Origin: Dehalococcoidia bacterium
GTDB lineage: Bacteria; Chloroflexota; Dehalococcoidia; Dehalococcoidales; UBA1222
Direction of reading: 5' to 3'
Length of the DNA stretch: 64,000 bases
Assembly (NCBI GenBank): GCA_003597995.1
Contig: QZJY01000070.1
Location: 2,081 to 66,080 of the forward strand
Below the pieces are notes generated by a model that had not been told where the DNA came from, searched no databases, and saw nothing but the letters and a program-made list of their open reading frames with translations. Positions within the stretch are counted from its first letter, which is position 1. Every line of letters starts with the position of its first letter. A program made the translations under genes and the position numbers. Below are positions 25,625-34,478 of this stretch, in pieces.

Positions 25625-26545
25625 CTATTTTAATGCATTGACTATGGTTTCCGCCAGTTGTGTTTCAAAAGTAAAATACGAACCGTCGGAGGGCAGGATG
25701 TGAGTCGATAGCTCTACAACCCTGGCTCCGGTTTCACTGGCTATAGCCGAGGCCACGGCTCCCGACGTGCCCACTTCTGCGAAAATGACCTTGACATTAT
25801 TGTCCAGAATGAGCTGCTTGAGCGCCGCCAGGTCTCCCGCCGAAACATTGGCCTGCGAGCTCAGGCTGGGGACGAGTGCTCCCACCAGCTTGAAGCCGTA
25901 GCGCTGGGCGAAATAGCCCATCGACTCGTGACCCGTGACCAGCTTGCGGCTGTCCTGGGGCAGAGCGGCCACCTCGGCGGCTACCTGTGTGTTGAGGAGG
26001 TCGAGTTGTGTCTGGATGTCCAGAGAGCGGGCATCTACATTTATATCAAGGTTAGCCTTAAGGTACTCAGCAAGAGCAGCGACGATGTTTTTCATGGCGA
26101 GAGGGTCTGTCCACAGGTGCGGGTCGGGCGCGCCGATGGCCTGGTCGGGGTCGCCGGAAGGGATGCCTTCGCCGGGTCCCACGTGCCTGACGGTGATATA
26201 ATCCGAGGCAGTGAATAATCTGACTCCATTGGCTTTGGCCTGCGCCAGCGCCTTCTCCATGCCCCCTTCCAGCCCCAGCCCGTTCTGAACGATAAGGTCA
26301 GCCCGGTTTAGCTTTTCGATGTCTTTGGCCGAGGGTTCCCATTCGTGCGGGTCGAGGCCGTTGGGTATGGAAACGCTCACGCTGGCCGCATCGCCGACCA
26401 GCTCTTTTACGATAGAGCCGAGAATCGAGTAGGTAACGACGATGGCTTTTTTACCCGAAGTCGTGACGGGGCTATTGCAGGCGGCACTCCCGGCCAGCGC
26501 GGCAATCAGCAGGGAGACTGACAGGACCAGCGCCCCGGTTTTCAT
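25625..26545 (-). CDS. Metal-binding lipoprotein (TroA/ZnuA-like substrate-binding protein)
   Basis: Lipobox LAGSAAC after MKTGALVLSVSLLIAA. DPHEWEP and DPHLW motifs. The ATG at 26545 overlaps the upstream stop (ATGA). Confidence 0.8.
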   Translation of the reverse strand: MKTGALVLSVSLLIAALAGSAACNSPVTTSGKKAIVVTYSILGSIVKELVGDAASVSVSIPNGLDPHEWEPSAKDIEKLNRADLIVQNGLGLEGGMEKALAQAKANGVRLFTASDYITVRHVGPGEGIPSGDPDQAIGAPDPHLWTDPLAMKNIVAALAEYLKANLDINVDARSLDIQTQLDLLNTQVAAEVAALPQDSRKLVTGHESMGYFAQRYGFKLVGALVPSLSSQANVSAGDLAALKQLILDNNVKVIFAEVGTSGAVASAIASETGARVVELSTHILPSDGSYFTFETQLAETIVNALK

Positions 26546-26985
26546 TTTGTTTCTCCCGGAGCGTTTGCCCTGCACTGGCGGCACAGCCCCATGAATTCGA
26601 GATGGTGGTCACTGATGGCGAAGCCTGTTTCGCTTGCCAGTTTTCTCTCCATCTCTCCCAGTCCGCAGGAGGACACATTAACCACCTTGTCGCATCCCGC
26701 GCACACCAGGTGGTGATGGTGTTCCTGAGGACGGCGGGCATAGCTCTGCGACCTGCCGCTGTAACCCATGCGGCAGATCAGGCCGCTCTCGGCCAGCAGC
26801 TTGAGCGTGCGGTAGACCGTCACCAGTCCGATGTCGGGATGTTGTTTCTGTAGACGTTCATAAAGCTGCTGAGGGGTGAACTGCGCCCGCATACCGTCGA
26901 CGGCCTCCAGGACGGAAAGACGCTGCGGCGTGGCTTTGCAGCCGCTGCCGTGCAGTTTGCGGCGTTTGAGTTCAATCGGTATCAT
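26542..26985 (-). CDS. Fur-family metalloregulator (Zur-like)
   Basis: Winged-helix N-terminus, HHHHLVCAGC...C...C metal sites, first gene of the transporter operon. Confidence 0.8.
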   Translation of the reverse strand: MIPIELKRRKLHGSGCKATPQRLSVLEAVDGMRAQFTPQQLYERLQKQHPDIGLVTVYRTLKLLAESGLICRMGYSGRSQSYARRPQEHHHHLVCAGCDKVVNVSSCGLGEMERKLASETGFAISDHHLEFMGLCRQCRANAPGETK

Positions 26986-26994
26986 ATCTATAAA

Positions 26995-27009
26995 TGAAAA
27001 TCCTTTTCA
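26995..27009. promoter_or_regulatory. Fur/Zur-box-like inverted repeat TGAAAA-TCC-TTTTCA
   Basis: Perfect 6-3-6 palindrome, 10 nt upstream of the regulator ATG and just downstream of the -10 box. Confidence 0.6.
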
Positions 27010-27014
27010 ACTGG

Positions 27015-27043
27015 ATTATAAGACAAGCGCTGTTCGGAGTCAA
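27015..27043 (-). promoter_or_regulatory. Near-consensus promoter TTGACT-17 nt-TATAAT for the zur-like operon
   Basis: -35 at 27043..27038 and -10 at 27020..27015 on the minus strand. Confidence 0.65.
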
Positions 27044-27101
27044 TGGGATATCAGCATCGGCAGGGTATAAAAACTATCGCTTTAAAACGCTCCTGAACTT
27101 G

Positions 27102-27131
27102 TTGACATTGTCCCTTACTATAGTCTATATT
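27102..27131 (+). promoter_or_regulatory. Candidate promoter TTGACA-18 nt-TATATT for the cytochrome operon
   Basis: TTGACA at 27102-27107 and TATATT at 27126-27131. Confidence 0.4.
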
Positions 27132-27225
27132 ATCTCGCTAGTGTTGCCGAGGGGTTTACCACGGCTTGGTGTTCCGCCTGAGGCGACTTAAAATAAGGCA
27201 AAAGGAGAGCAAGGGGGTAGGTTTC

Positions 27226-28083
27226 ATGCTGAAAAAAACGTTACTGGTCCTGTTCGTGCTCCTGGCCGCCCTGGGAGTGGGCATCTATTTCTCATACACC
27301 TCACTCAAACTCATTCCCCTGTTCGACAACCGCAATGCTCAGTGGGGGCTGGTGGCCTCGGCGGTGGTCGGTGTGATTCTGGGGGTGGCCCGGGGACTTC
27401 TCAAGAAGAAGAACGCAATCAAGGGTGAGGTCGTTACACGCCATGGTGTGGGCTCTTTCATCTCGCACTGGGCTACCGGCTTCGGCATCTTCGCCCTGAT
27501 TTATTCGGGCGTCATGATGGGGTTCTTTATTATGAACGGCAAATCCATCTGGTTCATCCCGGTGTTTGCCACGACCCTTCAACAGGTCATCCCGGCGCTC
27601 AACGTACATTACTTCGCCGTGCTGATAACCCTCTTCGGCGGCTTCTTCTTCGGCGCCGACTATATCGCCACCCGAGATTGGATGCTGCTCATACCCAATA
27701 TGAAGGACCTCATCCAGGGCTTTATTGGCAAGTATTTCCTGCGCCGCAAGTGGGAGGCGGAAGACAAGTACATGTCCTCCCAGAAGGGCGCTTTCGTCCC
27801 CTTTGCTGCCATCGGTATAGTTATGCTCCTCAGCGGGGCCGTCAAGGCGGCCGCCCATGTCTGGCCTATCACCGCCAATATCTGGGGCTGGGCCACCGTC
27901 ATCCATGATGTCTTCATGGTCTTCACTATCCTTTACATCATTGTGCACGTCGGCATGGTGGTGGTGCTGGGCCACTGGCCGGCCTTTTTCTCCTGGTTCA
28001 CCGGCACTATGCCTAAAAAGACTGTCGAGCATCATCACCCCGTCTGGTATGACAAACTGACGGCGGGCACGAATAAGAGCTAG
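27226..28083 (+). CDS. Membrane b-type cytochrome (FdnI/HybB-type cytochrome b family)
   Basis: Multi-TM protein with conserved His in helices (FISHWATGFG, NVHYFAVL, VIHDVF, IVHVGM). The start was moved to ATG 27226. Confidence 0.6.
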   Translation: MLKKTLLVLFVLLAALGVGIYFSYTSLKLIPLFDNRNAQWGLVASAVVGVILGVARGLLKKKNAIKGEVVTRHGVGSFISHWATGFGIFALIYSGVMMGFFIMNGKSIWFIPVFATTLQQVIPALNVHYFAVLITLFGGFFFGADYIATRDWMLLIPNMKDLIQGFIGKYFLRRKWEAEDKYMSSQKGAFVPFAAIGIVMLLSGAVKAAAHVWPITANIWGWATVIHDVFMVFTILYIIVHVGMVVVLGHWPAFFSWFTGTMPKKTVEHHHPVWYDKLTAGTNKS

Positions 28084-28092
28084 GAGACAGAG

Positions 28093-28758
28093 ATGAATAA
28101 AAAGCTGCTTATTTTGTTAGCCATAGCGCTGGTGGTCATTCCGGTGGCTTCCGCTTGCGGCCGCACGGCTCCCACCGGCATTACGACCTTACCCGCGCCG
28201 AAAGTCCCTCATGTGGTCGATGTGCGCTTTGAAAACTGCAACGCCTGCCATGTGACGAACCAGTTGAGAGCTACCTTTCCTCTTCTGCATGCAGGTGAAC
28301 AAGTAGTGCTAGGCAAGACCGTATCAGTGTATTACACCAACAAGGACTGCATCAGCGCCGCCTGCCATGTCTTGCAGGCGGGTGTAACAATGCCTCCGCC
28401 GACCACCACCAAGACTACGACTACCACCGGCGGCACGGGTACGACTACCACCGGCGGCACGGGCACGACAGGCACGACCACGACTTCCAACCCCCCGGCC
28501 ACTCTTACGGATAAAGCTATCGCCATCACCACGCACAATGCCGCAGCTATGGCGGCTTACAAGACCCTTTGCCAGATGTGTCATGCCAAGGGACTGGCCA
28601 ACTCCAATCCTTATCCGCCGACCTGGGACGGCAAAGCCAGCGGCTCGACCCAGAATACCGGCGTGTACGAAATCGTTCCCGGGTCGCCGCAGGACCATAC
28701 GCCGTACACGATCGAACAGTGCACGCAGGCCGGCTGCCATGCTCCGCCCACATCCTAA
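28093..28758 (+). CDS. Lipoprotein c-type cytochrome with four heme motifs (two CXXCH + CX4CH modules) and a Thr/Gly-rich linker
   Basis: Lipobox VASAC. Heme motifs CNACH, CISAACH, CQMCH and CTQAGCH. Linker PPPTTTKTTTTTGGTGTTTTGGTGTTGTTTT. Confidence 0.7.
   Translation: MNKKLLILLAIALVVIPVASACGRTAPTGITTLPAPKVPHVVDVRFENCNACHVTNQLRATFPLLHAGEQVVLGKTVSVYYTNKDCISAACHVLQAGVTMPPPTTTKTTTTTGGTGTTTTGGTGTTGTTTTSNPPATLTDKAIAITTHNAAAMAAYKTLCQMCHAKGLANSNPYPPTWDGKASGSTQNTGVYEIVPGSPQDHTPYTIEQCTQAGCHAPPTS
28417..28464 (+). repeat. 24-nt tandem duplication inside the cytochrome linker
   Basis: ACGACTACCACCGGCGGCACGGGT occurs twice, at 23/24 identity. Confidence 0.85.
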
Positions 28759-28887
28759 GTACTTAACACTAATCTCGTTTTTGAATGGGGGCGACGTCAG
28801 TCGCCCCCTTTGTTTTACGTCTTTTGACCAATAGCCGAGCCGGTGCTAGAATATTTCAACTTTAGTTGTAAAAAAGGAGCCAATGCC

Positions 28888-29370
28888 ATGAAAACCAGGT
28901 CTTTGCTGTTCATTATGGTCTCCCTGCTGACCGTGGTTCTTATCGTATCAGGCTGCGGCGGCAGCAAGACGACCGCGTCAACCAATCCTTCGACCGCCAC
29001 AACCAATCTTCCGACCACCACGAGCAATCCACCAACCACGTCGAATCCGTCAACTATCACGACAAATCCCAGCACCACTCCTCCGCCGTCCTCCTCTACA
29101 CCAACTGGGACTCTGTCTGAAACCGCGCCGGCCATTACGACGCACAGCGCCGTCGTGCTGACTGCTTACAAAGGGCTGTGCCTGACGATGTGTCACGGCC
29201 CGGGTTTGGCCAACTCGAGCCCTTTTCCGCCGACCTGGGACGGCAAGGCTGCCGGCTCCACGCTTAACCCGGGCGTATATACGGTAAAGTCGGGTTCCAA
29301 TGCCGACCACACCGGACGTACAGAGGAACAGTGCACAACCCAGGCCGGATGCCACGCGGCTCCCAAATAA
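28888..29370 (+). CDS. Lipoprotein c-type cytochrome paralog (one CXXCH + CX5CH module) with Thr/Pro/Ser-rich linker
   Basis: Lipobox VSGC. Heme motifs CLTMCH and CTTQAGCH. The C-terminal half is paralogous to the C-terminus of the preceding protein (GLANS.P.PPTWDGKA.GST). Confidence 0.7.
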   Translation: MKTRSLLFIMVSLLTVVLIVSGCGGSKTTASTNPSTATTNLPTTTSNPPTTSNPSTITTNPSTTPPPSSSTPTGTLSETAPAITTHSAVVLTAYKGLCLTMCHGPGLANSSPFPPTWDGKAAGSTLNPGVYTVKSGSNADHTGRTEEQCTTQAGCHAAPK

Positions 29371-29571
29371 GTTCACTCGAGTTAATATTAAGGAGGGGCG
29401 ATTCATAATGCCCCTCCTTCTCTTTTTTCCCAGTAAGGGATGATGGTGTGGCAGGATGTAATCCAAGCCGACCGGAGAAGTCATAAATTGCTCAAAAAGG
29501 GCTTTATGTTATAATGGCATAAGTCGCTATTTCGCATCCCGTTCCCAAAAAGCTTCCCTTTGAGGTTCTGT

Positions 29572-29964
29572 ATGTTAAAAAACAAGAAGTTCATCATCGG
29601 CGGCATTGTCGTTCTGATAGCCGCTGTGGTGCTGGGATACGTCGGATTCATGGGCGTGGGGACCTATTACTATACGGTGGAGGAGTTCCTCAATAAGGAA
29701 ACGACACTGGCGGCTCAGACCGTTCGCGTGAGCGGTATCCTGGAGCCCGACGCTGCCAAGACGGGGCTCACCTGGAATTTCACCCTCAAGGACACATCGT
29801 CTGATGCCACGCTGGCGGTCACCTACAGCGGGGCGGTGCCGGATACGTTTAAGCCAGGCCAGCAAATAGTCGTAGAAGGTAAATACGATGCTGCCAGCGG
29901 CATCTTCAAGAGCACCAGCATAGTAGTCAAATGCGGTTCTAAATACGAGCCTGCCACGACGTAG
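29572..29964 (+). CDS. ccmE: Cytochrome c-type biogenesis heme chaperone CcmE, CxxxY variant
   Basis: N-terminal TM anchor and OB-fold-like body. The C-terminal VVKCGSKYEP occupies the place of the canonical HxxxY (HDENY). Confidence 0.75.
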   Translation: MLKNKKFIIGGIVVLIAAVVLGYVGFMGVGTYYYTVEEFLNKETTLAAQTVRVSGILEPDAAKTGLTWNFTLKDTSSDATLAVTYSGAVPDTFKPGQQIVVEGKYDAASGIFKSTSIVVKCGSKYEPATT

Positions 29965-29982
29965 GCGGAGAGGGAACGGGGC

Positions 29983-31968
29983 ATGTCCCTATTTGGCAAC
30001 GGGGTACTCATCCTGGCTTTCCTGGTGGCCATCTATTCCATCGCAGCTGCTTTACTCGACTCGCGCAAGAACAAATACGGCTTTCCTATGAACGCCCGCT
30101 ACGGCGTATTTGCCGTGGCCGGGCTGGTGAGCCTGGCGGTGGCGCTGCTCCTCGTCTCCCTGCTGACGCACAACTTCGGATTGAAATACGTGGCCGATTA
30201 TTCCAGCCGCGATACGCCGCTGGTCTATCTCATCACAGGGCTGTGGGCCGGCAACGCCGGTTCATTGCTTTTCTGGGGCTGGATTGTGTCCCTCTCGGGG
30301 GCCGTTCTGCTGTGGCGCAGCAACAAAACGGACAGAGAGCTAATGCCGAACGCGTTATCCATCATTCTCTTCACGGAGATGCTGTTTCTCATCCTGCTCT
30401 TCATACAGAGCCCCTTCCAGGCGCTCTCTCCGGTACCCCCGGACGGCGCCGGGCTGAAACCGGTGCTGCAGAACGTCGGCATGATAATCCACCCGCCGCC
30501 GTTGCTGGCGGGCTATGCCCTTTTCACCGTGCCATTCGCTCTGGTTGTGGCGGCTCTTTTCAACCGGAAAGTGGATGATGCCTGGGTGCTCAGCGCCAAG
30601 CGCTGGGCCGTCGCCGCCTGGCTACTGCTGGGTATCGGCAATGTGCTGGGCATGTGGTGGGCCTACGCCGTGCTGGGCTGGGGCGGTTACTGGGCCTGGG
30701 ACCCGGTGGAAAACGCCGGGCTGATGCCCTGGCTGCTTATTACCGCCTTCCTGCACTCCAGCATGATGTACCTGCGCCGCGGCATGTTCAAGATATGGGC
30801 TGTCATTCTGGCTATGGCCGCTTTCTGGCTGACCATTTTCGGCGCTTTCCTGACACGGTCTGACGTAAAGGGCTCGGTGCATACCTTCGGCGATACGCCC
30901 ATGACTCCCGCATTCATCGTCTTTCTGGCCATAACACTCATCGGCTCGGTGTGGCTGCTCATCGACCGCCGCCGATATATCAAGAGCGCAGAAGGGGATG
31001 ACGCCCTTGTTTCCGGCACGGGCACGTTCATGAGTGTCAACCTGTTGCTGGTGATTTCCACCATTTTTATACTGGTGGGCACGACGCTGCCGGTTTTCAC
31101 CAATATTATCCCGCCCCAGACCTATTTTAACGTGGTAAATTTACCTGTCTTCGTGTTGATTATTCTGCTGGCCGGCCTCTGTATCCTGGTCGGCTGGAAA
31201 ACGCCGGATTTGAAAAAGCTGCTTAAACAGCTTCTCTGGCCGGGGGTTGGCGCTCTCCTTGTAGTTATCGCTCTCATCATTGCCGGGCTGACACAATGGT
31301 ACGCGCTAGTGCCGTTATTCATCCTGGCGGCGGTCTTTGTAGCTACGCTCATCAAGTGGGGGCGTGACGTCACCGCCCGCATGCGCGGCAAAAAAGAGGG
31401 CTTCCTGCCTGCCTCAGGCGGACTGTTTATGGCCAACCGCAGCCGTTACGGCGGCTACATCATCCATATATCTATTGTGGTGCTGGCGCTGGGCATCATC
31501 GGGTCGTCGGTATATAAAAGCCAGGTGGAACAAATACTCAACGTAGGCGATTCGGTGACGCTCAAAGGTTACACTTTTACATACAACGGCTTCAATGCCG
31601 TCCCCGAACAGAAGAGCGATGGCTCGGTGCTTTTGACGGTTACGGCCAATATAGACGTATCGCGCGGCGCCCAGGACCTGGGGTCCGTTCACCCCAACAA
31701 GATTCTGAAGTTTATTTATTCCGGGGAGACCATCGTCGACATGGACCCGGCCTACGGCAATAATGTAGCCATCCGCAGCAATCTGGCCGAGGACCTGTAT
31801 GTTATCTTTGAGGACTTCGACGGCATGACCCAGCAGGCGTTGCTGATGGTGCTGGTCAACCCGCTGGTGAAGTGGATATGGATAGGCGGATTCTTGCTGC
31901 TGGCGGGAGGTCTGGTTTCCTTTAGCGCCACGCCGCGCAAGGTAGCGGCGAGCGAAGATAAGGGATAG
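29983..31968 (+). CDS. ccmF: Cytochrome c heme lyase subunit CcmF
   Basis: 661-aa polytopic protein with a WGGYWAWDPVEN tryptophan-rich motif. Confidence 0.88.
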   Translation: MSLFGNGVLILAFLVAIYSIAAALLDSRKNKYGFPMNARYGVFAVAGLVSLAVALLLVSLLTHNFGLKYVADYSSRDTPLVYLITGLWAGNAGSLLFWGWIVSLSGAVLLWRSNKTDRELMPNALSIILFTEMLFLILLFIQSPFQALSPVPPDGAGLKPVLQNVGMIIHPPPLLAGYALFTVPFALVVAALFNRKVDDAWVLSAKRWAVAAWLLLGIGNVLGMWWAYAVLGWGGYWAWDPVENAGLMPWLLITAFLHSSMMYLRRGMFKIWAVILAMAAFWLTIFGAFLTRSDVKGSVHTFGDTPMTPAFIVFLAITLIGSVWLLIDRRRYIKSAEGDDALVSGTGTFMSVNLLLVISTIFILVGTTLPVFTNIIPPQTYFNVVNLPVFVLIILLAGLCILVGWKTPDLKKLLKQLLWPGVGALLVVIALIIAGLTQWYALVPLFILAAVFVATLIKWGRDVTARMRGKKEGFLPASGGLFMANRSRYGGYIIHISIVVLALGIIGSSVYKSQVEQILNVGDSVTLKGYTFTYNGFNAVPEQKSDGSVLLTVTANIDVSRGAQDLGSVHPNKILKFIYSGETIVDMDPAYGNNVAIRSNLAEDLYVIFEDFDGMTQQALLMVLVNPLVKWIWIGGFLLLAGGLVSFSATPRKVAASEDKG

Positions 31969-32110
31969 CTAACTCTCTCGGTGGGGATAATTTCAAAGAG
32001 GGAAACAGGAATGTTTCCCTCTTTTTTACTGTCACTTTTGAGCGAGGCTGATTCTATGGCGTTAGTTACCCCCTCACCACAACCGCCCGCCTTTGGCGGA
32101 CTCAGGATGA

Positions 32111-32145
32111 GATTGCTTCGGTTGCTGCGCAACACTCGCAACGAC
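32111..32145. repeat. REP family A copy between ccmF and ccmA
   Basis: GATTGCTTCGGTTGCTGCGCAACACTCGCAACGAC. Confidence 0.7.
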
Positions 32146-32199
32146 GAAGGAGACCAACTAGCCACAGCGCCCGCAAAGCGCTAAAATAAAACCATCCGC

Positions 32200-32943
32200 A
32201 TGAACAACGTTGCAACAACTCCGTCCGTGCTCCTGGCCGTGGAAACGTCCGGACTGGTCAAATCGTTCGGCCACTACACGGCGCTGCGCGGAATAGACCT
32301 GAAAGTCCCGGCCGGCAGCACGCTGGCGGTTTTCGGGCCCAACGGCGCCGGCAAAACCACTCTCATCAAGATACTGGCCAGCATTATGCGGCCTACCTCC
32401 GGCAAAATCCTCATCGGAGGTCTGGAACTCAAAGACAACGCCGAATTGTTGCGCGCCAGACTGGGGCTGGTGGCGCACCAGAGCTACCTCTACGGCAACC
32501 TCAGCGCCTGGGAAAACCTGGACTTTTATGCCCGCATGTACGGGGTGGAAGACAGAAGCAGCCGTATCGGCGAGGTGCTGGATATGGTGAGCATGACCGG
32601 GCGCAAGCACGACCGCCTTTCCACCTTTTCGCGTGGCATGCAGCAGCGCATGGCGCTGGCGCGGGCGCTCTTGCATAAACCCTCCATACTGCTGCTGGAC
32701 GAGCCGGAAACGGGGCTGGATCAGCAGGCGCTGGGCGCCATGTGGGACATCATCAGGCGCGAGGAAACGCTCAAGCGCACTATCATCTTCACCAGCCACA
32801 GCTTCGAGAGGGCGCTGGCGGTCTGCGACGACGTGGTCATACTGGAGCGCGGCAGGATAGCGTTTAAAGCTCAGGCTTGCACTCTCAACCTCGACGGACT
32901 GAAGCAGAAGTACCAGGAATGCACGGCGGCGGTGAAGAAATGA
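32200..32943 (+). CDS. ccmA: Heme exporter ATP-binding protein CcmA
   Basis: Walker A GPNGAGKTT, signature FSRGMQQR, Walker B LLLLDEP. Lies in ccm context. Confidence 0.8.
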   Translation: MNNVATTPSVLLAVETSGLVKSFGHYTALRGIDLKVPAGSTLAVFGPNGAGKTTLIKILASIMRPTSGKILIGGLELKDNAELLRARLGLVAHQSYLYGNLSAWENLDFYARMYGVEDRSSRIGEVLDMVSMTGRKHDRLSTFSRGMQQRMALARALLHKPSILLLDEPETGLDQQALGAMWDIIRREETLKRTIIFTSHSFERALAVCDDVVILERGRIAFKAQACTLNLDGLKQKYQECTAAVKK

Positions 32944-33611
32944 AGTTCTGGAGCCGTGTAGCCGCCATCGCCTGGAAGGATATCCTCTCCGAGCTGCGCA
33001 GCCGGGAGATTATCTCCTCGGTGCTGGTCTTCGCCGTATTGGTGCTGGTGATTTTCAACTTCGCTTTCGACATGTCCCCCGACATAGCGCTGCAGATAGC
33101 CCCCGGCATCCTGTGGGTGGCCTTCGCCTTTTCGGGCGTGCTGGCCCTCAACCGCGCCTTCATCCCCGAAAAAGAGGAGAACTGCCTGGAAGGCCTGATG
33201 GGCTGCCCGGTGGGGCGCGAAGCCATCTACGTGGGCAAGGCGCTCGGCAGCCTGTTCTTCATGTTGCTGGTTGAGGCGGTCATCCTGCCGGTTTTCGCCC
33301 TGCTCTTCAACGTCGCAGTGCTCCAGCCGGAACTAATCGCAGTAACACTCCTCGCCACTATCGGCTTCGTGGCGGTGGGCACAATCTTCTCGGCGCTGGC
33401 GGTCAACACGCGGGCGCGCGAGATGGTGCTGCCCATCCTGTTCTTGCCCATCATCACTCCGGTTATCATCAGCGCCGTCAAGGCATCCGCGCTGGCGCTG
33501 GCGGGAAGCGGATGGGGCGGCCTGACCTCCTGGCTGGGCATACTGGCGGCGTTCGATGTCATTTTCCTGGTGGTGCCTTTCCTGGTTTTTCCATACGTAA
33601 TCGAAGAGTAA
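32940..33611 (+). CDS. ccmB: Heme exporter permease CcmB
   Basis: The ATG at 32940 overlaps the ccmA stop (ATGA). Six-TM hydrophobic protein. Confidence 0.75.
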   Translation: MKFWSRVAAIAWKDILSELRSREIISSVLVFAVLVLVIFNFAFDMSPDIALQIAPGILWVAFAFSGVLALNRAFIPEKEENCLEGLMGCPVGREAIYVGKALGSLFFMLLVEAVILPVFALLFNVAVLQPELIAVTLLATIGFVAVGTIFSALAVNTRAREMVLPILFLPIITPVIISAVKASALALAGSGWGGLTSWLGILAAFDVIFLVVPFLVFPYVIEE

Positions 33612-33752
33612 CGGGAACGCCCTTTCAGGTATAAAATAGGCACAATCAAGCAATCGGGCTTGCTTTCTGATGTTTGAACAACCCCATCCACTTTTTGGGG
33701 GATAGATGAGATTTGCTTAACGGAAGCACTGAGCAATAAGTCAAAATCAAGT

Positions 33753-34199
33753 TCAGGTTTTGGTTGGAGGTGTAGGTACCGCCACATCGAAATTTTTACT
33801 ACTAGTTGGGATCAAACTTCCACTTGTCGCCGTGAGCGAGTAGCCAGATCCCACGATGTCAATAGAAAGATCTGTAAAGGTTGCTGTACCGCCAGACACG
33901 TCTACCGTAATCTTGCCTGATAGTTTTGCTCCGCTAGCGCCAGTACCGTGTGTAATGGCCAGCGTTATCGCTCCAGTATAACCTAAAATGACGTTCCCGT
34001 AGGGGTCTGTTACCGCGACTACTGGCTGTGTGGTAAAAGCTTTACCCGGTGCCGCGCCGGTTGGCTGTTTTGTAAAAACAAAAGTTGTGGCCACCTCCAT
34101 CTTTGAAGTGTTAGAGGGTGCTGAAGACTTGCACCCTGCAATTAGAACCATCGGTAAAGTCAGAGCCAATACAAGGTAAATCAATAATGCTTTTTTCAT
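33753..34199 (-). CDS. Lipoprotein with Ig-like (Big-type) beta-domain, inserted antisense within the ccm cluster
   Basis: Lipobox LIAGC. Pattern QPTGAAPGKAFTTQPVVAVTDPYGN...GTATFTDLSI..GSGYSLTA. Flanking DNA is AT-rich. Confidence 0.6.
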   Translation of the reverse strand: MKKALLIYLVLALTLPMVLIAGCKSSAPSNTSKMEVATTFVFTKQPTGAAPGKAFTTQPVVAVTDPYGNVILGYTGAITLAITHGTGASGAKLSGKITVDVSGGTATFTDLSIDIVGSGYSLTATSGSLIPTSSKNFDVAVPTPPTKT

Positions 34200-34478
34200 A
34201 ATCGCCTCCAGTTATGATTTAACCGATTGCCATCTTAGCATATTCTTTGGATATTTACATTTCAATGATATAAAATATTATGTACAAACGTACGCATGGA
34301 ATGGCAGACATTCCGTTGTTCTTTCAATGGTGACTAAAGGTGAGCTGGCCTATTCCCCCAGCCAGCTAAAATGTAGTGTATAATTTAACGTATATTGATT
34401 AAAAAGCACTTTGGCATTATCTAAACTCGAATATATATTCGGCTCTCTATCTGCAATCGAAGAATAGGAGGTTCGGCT

